The notes beneath the pieces are model-generated. The model worked only from the letters and a program-made list of their open reading frames with translations, searched no databases and had not been told where the DNA came from. The position numbers and the translations under genes are program-made. Below are positions 46,752-55,903 of a stretch of 64,000 bases of DNA, in pieces. This DNA comes from Thermotogota bacterium (GTDB taxonomy: Bacteria > Hydrothermota > Hydrothermia > LBFQ01): assembly GCA_013154295.1 (NCBI GenBank), contig JAADCS010000139.1, forward strand, positions 7,107 to 71,106, in the 5' to 3' direction. Every line of letters starts with the position of its first letter. The first letter of the stretch is position 1.

Positions 46752-47654
46752 ATGCTGGAAGGAACCTGGTATCTTGAAAAACATACGGAGGATCTCCTGT
46801 TTCTCCACAAAATTAAGCGACACATCTATCACGGCAAGACAGCCTACCAGAAGGTGGACATAGTTGAGGTGGAGGTTTTCGGTAAGGCCTTGTTCTTGGA
46901 CGGAAAGATCCAGTCGGCACAGATAGATGAGGCTATCTATCACGAAGCACTGGTGCATCCAGCCATGCTAACCCATCCCGATCCTAAGAAAGTTATAATC
47001 TTAGGAGGCGGGGAGGGTGCCACTCTACGAGAGGCTCTGCGTCATCCGATTGAAAGAGCCACCATGGTGGATATAGACGAACAGTTGGTGAAACTCTGCG
47101 AGGCCTACCTACCGGAATGGCACGCCGGCGCCTTCTACGACGAGCGGAGCAAACTGATATTTGCGGATGCTCGTTCCTTCTTAGAGAACAGCGATGAAAC
47201 CTATGATGTGGTTATAAGCGATCTCACCGAACCTTTGGAGGGCGGCCCCTCCGTGATGCTGTTTACCAAGGAGTTCTATACGACGGTATACAAGAGACTC
47301 TCCGAAGATGGGGTTTTGGTGGTTCAGTCAGCCAGCGCCGATCCCTATTACAACCAGTTCGTGCGGGACGTTTATGTCACCTTGAAGGAGATTTTTCCTG
47401 TGGTGAGGGTCTATCACGCACCTATATTCTCCTTCCAGATGGATTGGGCTTTTACCTTAGCTTCTAAGGGTAGAGATCCTAAACACATTCCACTTCAGGA
47501 GATCGAACGTAGGATCTCTGATTTCGCCTCGTCCCTGTTCTTTTACACACCCCAACTTCACGGTGCTCTTTTTGAGCTTCCGAAGTTCCTGCAGGATGCT
47601 CTCTCTTCTGGGAGGGTGATAACCGATGAAAATCCACCGATTTGGACCGCTTGA
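46752..47654 (+). CDS. speE: polyamine aminopropyltransferase (SpeE family, DLTEP-type paralog)
   Basis: YQKVDIVE...ALFLDGKIQSAQIDEAIYHEALVHPAM...ILGGGEGATLREAL...VDIDEQLV...DVVISDLTEP. Confidence 0.85.
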   Translation: MLEGTWYLEKHTEDLLFLHKIKRHIYHGKTAYQKVDIVEVEVFGKALFLDGKIQSAQIDEAIYHEALVHPAMLTHPDPKKVIILGGGEGATLREALRHPIERATMVDIDEQLVKLCEAYLPEWHAGAFYDERSKLIFADARSFLENSDETYDVVISDLTEPLEGGPSVMLFTKEFYTTVYKRLSEDGVLVVQSASADPYYNQFVRDVYVTLKEIFPVVRVYHAPIFSFQMDWAFTLASKGRDPKHIPLQEIERRISDFASSLFFYTPQLHGALFELPKFLQDALSSGRVITDENPPIWTA

Positions 47655-48129
47655 CCTTAGGGAGAAAGTGCGTTTCCGATTAGGTGCGGGTGTGGGCAAA
47701 GCCCACGAGTACATATTAGCCTTTGACAGGGCTTTAAGGAAGGCGGGATTCGCGGATTATAACCTGTTGAAAGTCTCCTCCGTTCTACCTCCCGGATCCT
47801 CACCGGCCGATAAGGTGGATCTTCCCAAGGGTTACTTGCTCCCTATAGCCTACGGTGAAAAAGTAAGTAACGTGCCGGGTGAGAGAGTTGGAGCCGCTGT
47901 CGCTGTGGCTATACCCAAAGATACCAGCAAAATAGGCATAATCATGGAGGTAACCGGTCCGGAGCCAGCCTACGTTTTGATAGCCAGAGCCGAAGATCTG
48001 GCCCGCCAGGCTCTGTTGGATAGGGGTATAGAGGTGGATAGGATTTTGAGTTCGGGTGTAGACGCGAAGGTTGAGGAGGGATTCGTGTGTGCCTTCGCGG
48101 GGGTTGCATTATGGAGAAGCCCAAGTTAG
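47626..48129 (+). CDS. pdaD: pyruvoyl-dependent arginine decarboxylase
   Basis: 167 aa. FDRALRKAGFADYNLLKVSSVLPPG contains the PdaD self-cleavage Ser-Ser region. Confidence 0.8.
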   Translation: MKIHRFGPLDLREKVRFRLGAGVGKAHEYILAFDRALRKAGFADYNLLKVSSVLPPGSSPADKVDLPKGYLLPIAYGEKVSNVPGERVGAAVAVAIPKDTSKIGIIMEVTGPEPAYVLIARAEDLARQALLDRGIEVDRILSSGVDAKVEEGFVCAFAGVALWRSPS

Positions 48130-48923
48130 AATTCAAAGAGGAGCATAGGGCCGGCAGCGGCCTTTATATACGGGTGGACGAAATCCTTTTCAGCGGAAGG
48201 TCGGAGTTTCAGGATATCCTGATTTTCCGCAACGAACACTGGGGGGTGGTCTTCGTTTTGGACGGTCTGGTGATGATGACCGAGCGGGATGAGTACTTCT
48301 ACCACGAAGCGTTAGTTCACCCGGCTATGATGGTTACAAAACATACGCGCGAGGTCCTTCTTATCGGGGGTGGAGATGGAGGTAGTGTCCGTGAGTTGCT
48401 CAAGTATTCGCCGAGAGAGGTGGTGGTAGCCGAGATTGATGAGAAGGTGGTTGAGGTTTCCCGTAGATTTTTAAGTACAGGTCGCTTTTTAAATGATCCA
48501 CGCGTTAAGGTTGAGATAACGGACGGTGCCAAAAAAGTGAAGGAAAAGCGTCTCTACGACGTTATAATCGTGGATTCTACCGATCCCGTCGGTCCGGCTA
48601 AGGTTCTCTTTGAAGAGGAGTTTCTAAAAGATCTGGCCAACTCCTTAAAGGAAGGAGGTGTGGTGGGTATGCAGGTGGGATCACCTCTCCTCTACGACGA
48701 GCAAATAAAAAAGACCTACGAGGTTCTAAAACACTTCTTCCGCGACGTGATATTTTACGTATCTTTCACCCCCACCTATCCCTCAGGAATGTGGGGTTTC
48801 TTACTGGCGACGAAGAACGCTTTTAGTTGGCGCAGGGATCCACCTGCTTCAAACCGTTACATCTTAAGCCGCCGGACTGTCTCCGCTCTTATAGATCTTG
48901 GTAATTCCATGTTTAAGCCCTAA
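48111..48923 (+). CDS. speE: spermidine synthase / polyamine aminopropyltransferase (classical SpeE)
   Basis: FQDILIF...VFVLDGLVMMTERDEYFYHEALVHPAM...LIGGGDGGSVRELLK...EIDEKVV...DVIIVDSTDPVGPA. The ORF track starts at 48087. Confidence 0.85.
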   Translation: MEKPKLEFKEEHRAGSGLYIRVDEILFSGRSEFQDILIFRNEHWGVVFVLDGLVMMTERDEYFYHEALVHPAMMVTKHTREVLLIGGGDGGSVRELLKYSPREVVVAEIDEKVVEVSRRFLSTGRFLNDPRVKVEITDGAKKVKEKRLYDVIIVDSTDPVGPAKVLFEEEFLKDLANSLKEGGVVGMQVGSPLLYDEQIKKTYEVLKHFFRDVIFYVSFTPTYPSGMWGFLLATKNAFSWRRDPPASNRYILSRRTVSALIDLGNSMFKP

Positions 48924-49447
48924 AAGAGCTTTCTCCCCCAGGCCCAACCGATATGAAAACCTACGGTGGGATAGGATACATAAGGTGCGGGGCTTTCTCC
49001 CTCTTTTAGGGGTACAGTTTGGGAGACTACAGGGTAGAGAAAGCTCAAGCCTACATACGTCCTAAGCTTCTTTATAAAGGTCAAACGTAGATTGTAGAAC
49101 CCACCAACACCGTAGGTGTAGGCCCCGGTACTGTACTCGTAGGTTTCACTGTAGTTGCCCATGTTTTTGGTATAGGTGCCGGTGTTATGCACGCACAGGT
49201 AGGAAGCTATGGCTCCCAACTCGTGGTTCTTAAAAATAAGGGATCCCTTAATTCGAAACCAATTATCGGGGCAGGTGCCAGCCGTTTGGATGTTGGGATA
49301 GAGAGAAACCTGAAAGGTAAAGAGCCTAGCAATCATAAGACCACCGTATAAATCGGTTCCTAAAGTTACACTTGCCCGTGGTATCGGAGCTTTGGTTGGT
49401 CCCCCACTGAAACCCATACCGAGCCAAACTCCCCATATGAGACTCAT
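48920..49447 (-). CDS. hypothetical protein, possible small outer-membrane beta-barrel
   Basis: 175 aa with alternating aromatic/G-rich strands (YTYGVGGFYNLRLTF, VGFHIGWAWGRKLF) ending in a terminal Phe. Weak call. Confidence 0.4.
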   Translation of the reverse strand: MSLIWGVWLGMGFSGGPTKAPIPRASVTLGTDLYGGLMIARLFTFQVSLYPNIQTAGTCPDNWFRIKGSLIFKNHELGAIASYLCVHNTGTYTKNMGNYSETYEYSTGAYTYGVGGFYNLRLTFIKKLRTYVGLSFLYPVVSQTVPLKEGESPAPYVSYPTVGFHIGWAWGRKLF

Positions 49448-50025
49448 AGATCACCTCCTACGTTTATACGCGCACACTTCTCGGAGGATACAAACACCGT
49501 TTCAACCTTTACGGTATCAGATCCTAGAACGAGTAGATATTCACCTGGAAGAAGACTATCCACATAGGCAGCATAGATTCTCTCACTCTCAAAGACTTGC
49601 AGACACTTCCCGTTCACCTTCACAGCCACGGGTCTATCCCATGTCAACACATCTACAATGGTGTTCCTTTCGGTGGCGATTGAATCGCAGGAGGGGCATT
49701 CACCGTAGGTGGAAGGGGTGTCGGGTACGATTATGATACCGCATCCTTCGTTTAGGGTACTGACTTCGGATCGGGCGCATCCGCTACCTGTGGGGAGATA
49801 AACCTTGAAGGTGCCGTAGCGAATGGGAGAGTAATAGGACGTTCTGTAAAACGTACGGGTCTTACCGTAGAAGATAGTATCGTTATCTTTTACGATTTTC
49901 AAGGATATAGCCGTGTCGCTTTCAACGTACAAACTACCTACTCTGATGTTCTCGCGATAACGCCTCTCCGTGCATGAGAGTAACACTCCAAAGAGAATGA
50001 TCACCGTACCCCATCGGCGAAACAT
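49444..50025 (-). CDS. hypothetical lipoprotein
   Basis: Started at ATG 50025 (7 nt after TAAAAT), it gives MFRRWGTVIILFGVLLSC, a textbook lipobox. The ORF track starts at 50055, inside the upstream gene. Confidence 0.55.
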   Translation of the reverse strand: MFRRWGTVIILFGVLLSCTERRYRENIRVGSLYVESDTAISLKIVKDNDTIFYGKTRTFYRTSYYSPIRYGTFKVYLPTGSGCARSEVSTLNEGCGIIIVPDTPSTYGECPSCDSIATERNTIVDVLTWDRPVAVKVNGKCLQVFESERIYAAYVDSLLPGEYLLVLGSDTVKVETVFVSSEKCARINVGGDL

Positions 50026-50032
50026 AGAGTAT

Positions 50033-50038
50033 ATTTTA
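50033..50038 (-). promoter_or_regulatory. -10-like box TAAAAT, 7 nt upstream of lipoprotein ATG 50025 (internal promoter)
   Basis: Lies within the last codons of the M1 peptidase gene. Confidence 0.35.
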
Positions 50039-51907
50039 ACGTTGGAAACCTCCAACTACAAACATCTTTATGCTTCCCAAACTTTTGGCGTAGTATATTC
50101 CAGGTGGCAAGGTCACCTTTATCTTCCCTTTGGCACGTTTCAATAAGCGACCACTCCTATCGTAAAGTTCAACCCTCTCGTTACCGTTTATTCCCACGAT
50201 CGTCACCCTTCTACCTCTGACTTCCACTATCACGTCTCTAACACCGGGTGATCGCTCGTTCAGATTGAGGGTGGGGTCGTAAATCACCGTGTGCCTATCT
50301 AAAACCCAGTTCATGGGGTCAAAGATAAGGGTGTCGGGTCGGTTACGAACTGTGAAGATAAAATGTTGAACGTCTAGGCTATCCCACACCGTGTGTATCT
50401 CGGTCCCCGCCTCTGAAGCGAAGCCCAATTCCAGTGGCATCTTAAAGGTGGGAACCGGCGAAGGTTGAACCTGCTCTATGCGGACCACCACCTTCCAGTT
50501 TTCCGAGCTATCCTGCCAGGTTTTCCAACGTACCTCGTATTCAGGCCACCCGGCCTCATAGACCCACTGGTTGAAGAACCAACTAAGATCCCTACCGGTA
50601 TAGGTTTCAACGTCCTCCACGAAATCGCTGGTTAGAGCGTAGGAACCTTCGTGTTGGTTTCTGTAATAACGCAGTGCCCCGAAGAAGAGCGACGTGTCGT
50701 TACCTAAAATGTAACGGAGCATGTGTAGAACGGCAGCCCCTTTGTTATAGGTATAGACCGAAAGGATGTCCCCTACGGAGGGACCGGGATCGTATACGGG
50801 TTTTCCAGGGTTGGAGGCGTATAGGAAGAAGGTATGCTCTATCACGTTGGTGAAATAGTTTCTGTATCCGAAAATTCCTCCTCGAGTTTCGGCCCAGAGC
50901 ATCTCACAGTATGTAGCGAATCCTTCACCTAACCATACATCCTTGAAGGTACCGTATCCTACCGCGTTTCCCCACCACTGATGGCACAACTCGTGGGCTT
51001 GAACGTAGTTATCGAAGTAGGAAGAGAAGAAAGGCGTAGTTTGATGTTCCATTCCCCCACCGAAGTAGGCCATAACTACACTCTGCTCATACTTCTCATC
51101 GGCGAAGGGATAGGGGCCGAAACGGTCGGAGAAAACCGTAAGCATGGATGTGAGACTCTCTCCCCATCTATAGACGGTATCCAAGGGAGGGACCCACGAG
51201 AGAACGGGGACGGTTAAGGTGTCGTAGGTCCATACCCATCGGTTGGCGGCCAACACCCTGCCTGCTACCGCTATCAGGTATGTGGCTATAGGATGGCCGT
51301 GGGAGTAGTGCCATATCTTGGTACTTCCCGTCGGTACCGTATCTAGCAGAACTCCGTTGGCCAAAACGGTCAGAAGTGGATCGGCTTCAACGTATAACTC
51401 TACCCCCTCTTCCGCCTTCTCGTAGGGTCTGTCATAGGAGGGTGCCCAACATCTAAAGCCGTCGGGGTAGGAGAGAGTAAAGAAGCCATCACTCCGAAAG
51501 TAGAAGCCGCGGGTAAAGGATGGGCAGCCTGTGGAATCGGGACTCCCATGGTAAAATACGGTTAGACTTACACTGTCCCCACTGAGCAGGGGAGAGGGGA
51601 GATAAACGATAAGTACACCCGTATCCCGGCGGAAGGTAGCCAAGGAGGTTCCCACCTTCACACTATCTATCATGTAGCCGTAGAAGTCAAGAGAGATGCT
51701 GTCTAGGGACCATCGGGACACACCCAAAATGGTAGTAGATGCGTACGGGAACCTTCTACCAGCTACGGCAAACTGAAGGATATACCGCCTAACATCTAAA
51801 GGTAAGGTGATCGTGTCTTCCCACATCACCAAAGGAGTGTGGGATGGTTTCCATCCTTCTTTCCACAGATCTGGAACAGAGAAATGAACCACGACATATG
51901 AAAGCAT
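50036..51907 (-). CDS. M1-family zinc aminopeptidase with T9SS-type CTD
   Basis: GGMEH (GxMEN-like), HELCHQWWG (HExxH) and WLGEGFATY (the third Zn ligand). C-terminal VELYDRSGRLLKR...GIYYAKSLG. Confidence 0.85.
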   Translation of the reverse strand: MLSYVVVHFSVPDLWKEGWKPSHTPLVMWEDTITLPLDVRRYILQFAVAGRRFPYASTTILGVSRWSLDSISLDFYGYMIDSVKVGTSLATFRRDTGVLIVYLPSPLLSGDSVSLTVFYHGSPDSTGCPSFTRGFYFRSDGFFTLSYPDGFRCWAPSYDRPYEKAEEGVELYVEADPLLTVLANGVLLDTVPTGSTKIWHYSHGHPIATYLIAVAGRVLAANRWVWTYDTLTVPVLSWVPPLDTVYRWGESLTSMLTVFSDRFGPYPFADEKYEQSVVMAYFGGGMEHQTTPFFSSYFDNYVQAHELCHQWWGNAVGYGTFKDVWLGEGFATYCEMLWAETRGGIFGYRNYFTNVIEHTFFLYASNPGKPVYDPGPSVGDILSVYTYNKGAAVLHMLRYILGNDTSLFFGALRYYRNQHEGSYALTSDFVEDVETYTGRDLSWFFNQWVYEAGWPEYEVRWKTWQDSSENWKVVVRIEQVQPSPVPTFKMPLELGFASEAGTEIHTVWDSLDVQHFIFTVRNRPDTLIFDPMNWVLDRHTVIYDPTLNLNERSPGVRDVIVEVRGRRVTIVGINGNERVELYDRSGRLLKRAKGKIKVTLPPGIYYAKSLGSIKMFVVGGFQR

Positions 51908-51915
51908 TACGATGC

Positions 51916-51921
51916 ATTTTA
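51916..51921 (-). promoter_or_regulatory. -10-like box TAAAAT, 8 nt upstream of M1 peptidase ATG 51907
   Basis: CGACCTTAAAAT on the minus strand. Confidence 0.4.
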
Positions 51922-51953
51922 AGGTCGTACGGTTTTCTGGTGTATCGCATCCT

Positions 51954-51959
51954 TAGAAT
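51954..51959 (+). promoter_or_regulatory. -10-like box TAGAAT, 7 nt upstream of in-frame TTG 51967 of mrdA
   Basis: CATCCTTAGAAT. Back-to-back with the 51916 box, 32 nt apart. Confidence 0.4.
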
Positions 51960-51966
51960 TCACCTT

Positions 51967-53544
51967 TTGAAAAGACTATTTCTACCTCTCATCGCATCCG
52001 TTTTGATACCTATAATCGTCCTGGTGGGTTATGTGCAGAGAGTGTTTGACCGGAGCTTACGTGGGAAAGACGTAGAAAATTACACCCGAAAGATCTCTCT
52101 GGGGACCGTTAGGGGAATGCTTTTAGATCGTAAGGGCCGCCCACTTTCCACCTCGGAAGTTCGCTGGAAGCTTATACAGTTTAACTTGGGTCGTGATGTG
52201 GAGGAGGCTGATAAAAGGAACCTTCAAAAACTTTTCGGAAGTAGAGTCAAGTTCAAAAAATACAAGTATTTGGGTTATTCGGAGATAAAAGGACTGACAG
52301 AGGATCAGGTCTATAAGGTTATGAAACTTAGACCGTTTTTCAGGAGTTTAGAGGTGGTACCATCAGTACGGCGAAGACTGGTATGTAAGGAGTGTTTCCA
52401 CGTAGCAGGAAAGGCCACATCCGATGGTAAAGGTATATTTGCTCTCGAGAAGCTCTATGACCTCCATTTGAGTGGAGAGCTGGGCTACGTTCGCTTAAAC
52501 GTGGATGCTCACGGTAATCTTATAGATGAGCCTAAGGTGATAGTATTCCAAAACCCAAAAGATGTGCGCACGTTCCTGGATATAGACCTATACAGACTGG
52601 CCGATTCTCTCATGAGACCTTACCGAAAGGGAGCCATCTTCGCCTTCAATCCCAAAAACGGTCAAGTCTATCTATCGTATTCCAAACCCAACCCGTATGA
52701 TACCTCCGCATCTAAATCGGATGCTCCGATGCTCAACAGGGCTGTCGCAGGTCTCTATCCACCCGGCTCTACCTTTAAACCTCTTGTGGCACTCCTTGCT
52801 CTCAAGTACGGTGTTATAGACACACTCTTCGGTGTTGGATGTAGAGGTAAAGTATGGCTAGGAAATAGGGCGTTTAGATGTTGGTCTGTTCATGGTTACA
52901 CTCGACTGAAAAAAGCGATAAGTCTATCTTGTAACGTTTTCTTTTACAACGTAGGTGCCAGATTCGGCCCCAAAAAATTCATAAAAGCGGTTTGGGAGAC
53001 GGGATTATTTGGACGCAAACTCACTCCTCTACCGGAGGAAGTGTCTTCTCGCTTTCCGAAGAAGGCGCGATATTACGGATCGGTTCTGAACTACGCCATA
53101 GGGCAGGGAGAGATACTAACTACGCCTGTTTTCTTGGCTGTGGAGGCCGGACTCATAGGAAACGGTGGATGGGTGACGCTTCCAAGGTTCTCCTCCTTTG
53201 ACCGCGCCGAGACCCTACGGATAGAGGCCCCAGATTGGGTCTACAGATACGTTAAGGAGGGAATGAAGGGGGTGGTGGAAAATGGAACCGCTGCCTCGTG
53301 CCGAATACCCAACTTCCCCTACGGCGGAAAAACCGGAACAGCCCAAAATCCCCATGGTGAGGATCATTCTTTGTTTATAGCCTTCGCTCCCTACGACGAT
53401 CCTACGTTGGCTGTGGCCGTGGTTGTAGAAAACGCAGGACACGGAAGTTCAGCCGCCGCCCCCATCGCGGCAATGATAATAAGTCGTTGGTTCTCCACCG
53501 AAAAACCGCTGTACTACCTGTGGAAGAGTGGGGCATCTTTATAA
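51967..53544 (+). CDS. mrdA: penicillin-binding protein 2 (class B transpeptidase)
   Basis: SxxK (GSTFKP), SxN (SCN), KTG (GKTGTA). The in-frame TTG 51967 lies 7 nt after TAGAAT and yields an N-terminal TM anchor (KRLFLPLIASVLIPIIVLVGY). The ORF track starts at 51844, overlapping the divergent gene. Confidence 0.8.
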   Translation: MKRLFLPLIASVLIPIIVLVGYVQRVFDRSLRGKDVENYTRKISLGTVRGMLLDRKGRPLSTSEVRWKLIQFNLGRDVEEADKRNLQKLFGSRVKFKKYKYLGYSEIKGLTEDQVYKVMKLRPFFRSLEVVPSVRRRLVCKECFHVAGKATSDGKGIFALEKLYDLHLSGELGYVRLNVDAHGNLIDEPKVIVFQNPKDVRTFLDIDLYRLADSLMRPYRKGAIFAFNPKNGQVYLSYSKPNPYDTSASKSDAPMLNRAVAGLYPPGSTFKPLVALLALKYGVIDTLFGVGCRGKVWLGNRAFRCWSVHGYTRLKKAISLSCNVFFYNVGARFGPKKFIKAVWETGLFGRKLTPLPEEVSSRFPKKARYYGSVLNYAIGQGEILTTPVFLAVEAGLIGNGGWVTLPRFSSFDRAETLRIEAPDWVYRYVKEGMKGVVENGTAASCRIPNFPYGGKTGTAQNPHGEDHSLFIAFAPYDDPTLAVAVVVENAGHGSSAAAPIAAMIISRWFSTEKPLYYLWKSGASL

Positions 53545-53811
53545 TATAATATCCGTGACAGGGGTAGGAAGGTGTGTAGAAACGTTTGGGTTATAGTAGT
53601 ACCATCGTGGGATGTTTATTGCACAATTTTTCCAATATTTTTATTGCCAAAGAATCCGATCTTCAGCTGCATCAATGGGGTAGCATATATTATTTGATCG
53701 TTCGCAAAACGTTTATTTTATGATAATTAGAAGTGAAACATATTCGAGGCGATAAACTGATTCGCTCTTAGTTGGTATAAACAAAAGCCTGCAGCGCTCA
53801 TAAACCTGCCC

Positions 53812-53817
53812 TATAAT
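53812..53817 (+). promoter_or_regulatory. -10 box TATAAT, 8 nt upstream of murB ATG
   Basis: Consensus hexamer at the end of a 281-nt AT-rich spacer. Confidence 0.5.
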
Positions 53818-53825
53818 TCCACGTT

Positions 53826-54683
53826 ATGTTCCCCCGAATACAGGAAAACGTACCCCTTGCTCCTTACACTACCTTCCGTTTAGGAGGACCCGCTCGGTAC
53901 TTTCTGGATGCGCACAGTGTTGAAGACGTTGTAGAAGGCATAAACTTCGCTCGTGCCAAGGAGGTTCCTATCTTGCCTTTGGGAGCCGGATCCGACATCC
54001 TGATAGGTGACAGAGGATTTAACGGCCTGGTTATCCGTCTGGTGGCTCTTAGGGGGATGAACGTGGAGAGAAACCAGGTCCTCCTGAAGACAGGAGAGGC
54101 CCTTCCAAAGGTAGCCCGCATCCTGGCCGATAGAGGGCTAAGTGGGTTTGAATATCTGGCAGGAATTCCAGGAACGATAGGTGGAGGGGTGGCGAAGAAC
54201 GCCGGTGCCCATGGTAAGGAAATAGGGGATATGTTGGTGGAAGCCTACGTTGTGGGGGAGGATGGATATATCAGAACTCTGCCCAAGGAGGAGCTGAACT
54301 TGGATTACAGAACCTCCGCCCTACCAGAGCTTGGGATACTCTTAGAGGCCAAGTTTAGACTATCAGAAGACGACCCCCACCTCATTCGAGGGAGGATGGA
54401 AAGGTTTCTGGCTTATAGGGAAGAACACCAACCATGGAGAGAGAGGACAGCCGGATGCATGTTTAAAAACCCACCGGGTCATTACGCCGGTAAGCTTATA
54501 GAGGAGGCGGGCCTGAAGGGATTCAGGATAGGTGGAGTAAAAGTTTCGGAGAAACATGCCAACTTCTTCGTAAACGAAGGGGGTACGGCTGACGATGCCG
54601 TACGTCTCATAGAGTACGTGAGAGATCGCGTATATAAGGTTTTTGGTATAGAACTGGAGGTAGAAATTGAAATTCTCAAATAG
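53826..54683 (+). CDS. murB: UDP-N-acetylenolpyruvoylglucosamine reductase
   Basis: APYTTFRLGGPARYF, GAGSDIL, AGIPGTIGG, GCMFKNP, HANFFVN. Confidence 0.9.
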   Translation: MFPRIQENVPLAPYTTFRLGGPARYFLDAHSVEDVVEGINFARAKEVPILPLGAGSDILIGDRGFNGLVIRLVALRGMNVERNQVLLKTGEALPKVARILADRGLSGFEYLAGIPGTIGGGVAKNAGAHGKEIGDMLVEAYVVGEDGYIRTLPKEELNLDYRTSALPELGILLEAKFRLSEDDPHLIRGRMERFLAYREEHQPWRERTAGCMFKNPPGHYAGKLIEEAGLKGFRIGGVKVSEKHANFFVNEGGTADDAVRLIEYVRDRVYKVFGIELEVEIEILK

Positions 54684-55902
54684 GGCAGGCTCCGGTATCC
54701 TGGTTATAGATATGGGTGCCTTCAAAACGAAGGCCACGATGGTGGGACCGGATTGGATACAGAACGTGGCAGAAGTGCCCACCGAGGGTTTCAGGGGTTA
54801 CATATCCGATTTGGATGCAGCTGTGGGGACCTTACGAAAGGTAGTATCCGAAGTTTTCAAGACCGTACCTTTGGAGAACGTAGAGGAGATAGGAACCATT
54901 CTCACCATCCATATAAGTGGAGAAGCCACTTTTCGGACCGCCACCCACGAGATTTCCATTCCTCCCGCATCCGACGAGGGGAAGGTTAACGAGGAACAGA
55001 TAAGGAAACTGCACGATGAACTTCGTGATAAGCTAACCGCCGGCAAACGAGTTCCCCTTTTCTTCTCCATATCCCGTTACAGTGTGATTCAAGGCGGAAG
55101 CGAGAGAGATGTAGAAAATCCAAGGGGCCTTAGGGTGGAAAGGTTGAAAGGCATGGCCGTAGCAATTACCGTTCCCAGCGATATGTATGACAACCTCTAC
55201 GATATGTTTCATGAGTATAACGCCACCGCTGATGTACCTCTGCTTCCCCTTGGAATCTACAGTTCTCCCATATACGCTGCCTTGGGTGTGGAGGGGGTGG
55301 ACGTAGACACCCATATCCATTTGGATCTGGGATACACCTCCTTCCGTATAATACGACTGGAGAACGGTAGAGTGCATGATTTTTACGAGTTCCCGGAGGG
55401 CGGGAAGAGTCTCATTCAAAAGATAAGTTCAACCTTGAGTATAACCTTCAAGGAAGGAAGGAGAGTTCTGGAAACCTACTTGGAAACCGGGGATAGGACA
55501 GTTCAAGCTTCCGGAAAGCTAATAGAAACCGCCATCATAGAAGAGATAATGCGCGCCTCGTTCCGTAAATTTTTAAACCATACTCAAGTCAAAAGGGTGG
55601 TAAACGGAGGTTCTGACAGACCTTTCACTTTGAGCGTGTCCGGAGGTTTTGCTCTATTTAAACGAATACACAACTACATATCTGACGCCGGTTTTCCTGA
55701 GCCGTTGGACATAGAAGGTACCGCACCCAACTTTCTGGTATTCAACGGTATAAGACGCGAGGTTGCAAAACTTTTGAGAAAGGGCACTCCTTCCCGTCGG
55801 AGGAATGGATGGGCGAAGGGAGGAATACTCTCAAAGCTAAAAGATAAAGTCGTCTCGTTTGTAAAGAAAGAGATAGCAGGTCTTGAAGAAAAGGAGGAGT
55901 AA
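54667..55902 (+). CDS. ftsA: divergent actin-fold cell-division protein, FtsA-like
   Basis: Position between murB and ftsZ. Phosphate-1-like LVIDMGAFKTKA, phosphate-2-like HLDLGYTSFRI, PEGGKSLIQKIS, and adenosine-like SVSGGFAL. Sequence is far from canonical FtsA. Confidence 0.5.
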   Translation: MKFSNRAGSGILVIDMGAFKTKATMVGPDWIQNVAEVPTEGFRGYISDLDAAVGTLRKVVSEVFKTVPLENVEEIGTILTIHISGEATFRTATHEISIPPASDEGKVNEEQIRKLHDELRDKLTAGKRVPLFFSISRYSVIQGGSERDVENPRGLRVERLKGMAVAITVPSDMYDNLYDMFHEYNATADVPLLPLGIYSSPIYAALGVEGVDVDTHIHLDLGYTSFRIIRLENGRVHDFYEFPEGGKSLIQKISSTLSITFKEGRRVLETYLETGDRTVQASGKLIETAIIEEIMRASFRKFLNHTQVKRVVNGGSDRPFTLSVSGGFALFKRIHNYISDAGFPEPLDIEGTAPNFLVFNGIRREVAKLLRKGTPSRRRNGWAKGGILSKLKDKVVSFVKKEIAGLEEKEE

Positions 55903-55903
55903 G

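Noticed and set aside
53607-53723. 38-codon ORF (GTG start, 9 nt after TATAGT) in the AT-rich spacer as a real small protein
   Set aside because: Its codon usage is strongly AT-biased, unlike every other gene here, and there is no hydrophobic or other recognisable pattern. It is mentioned only as a possibility.
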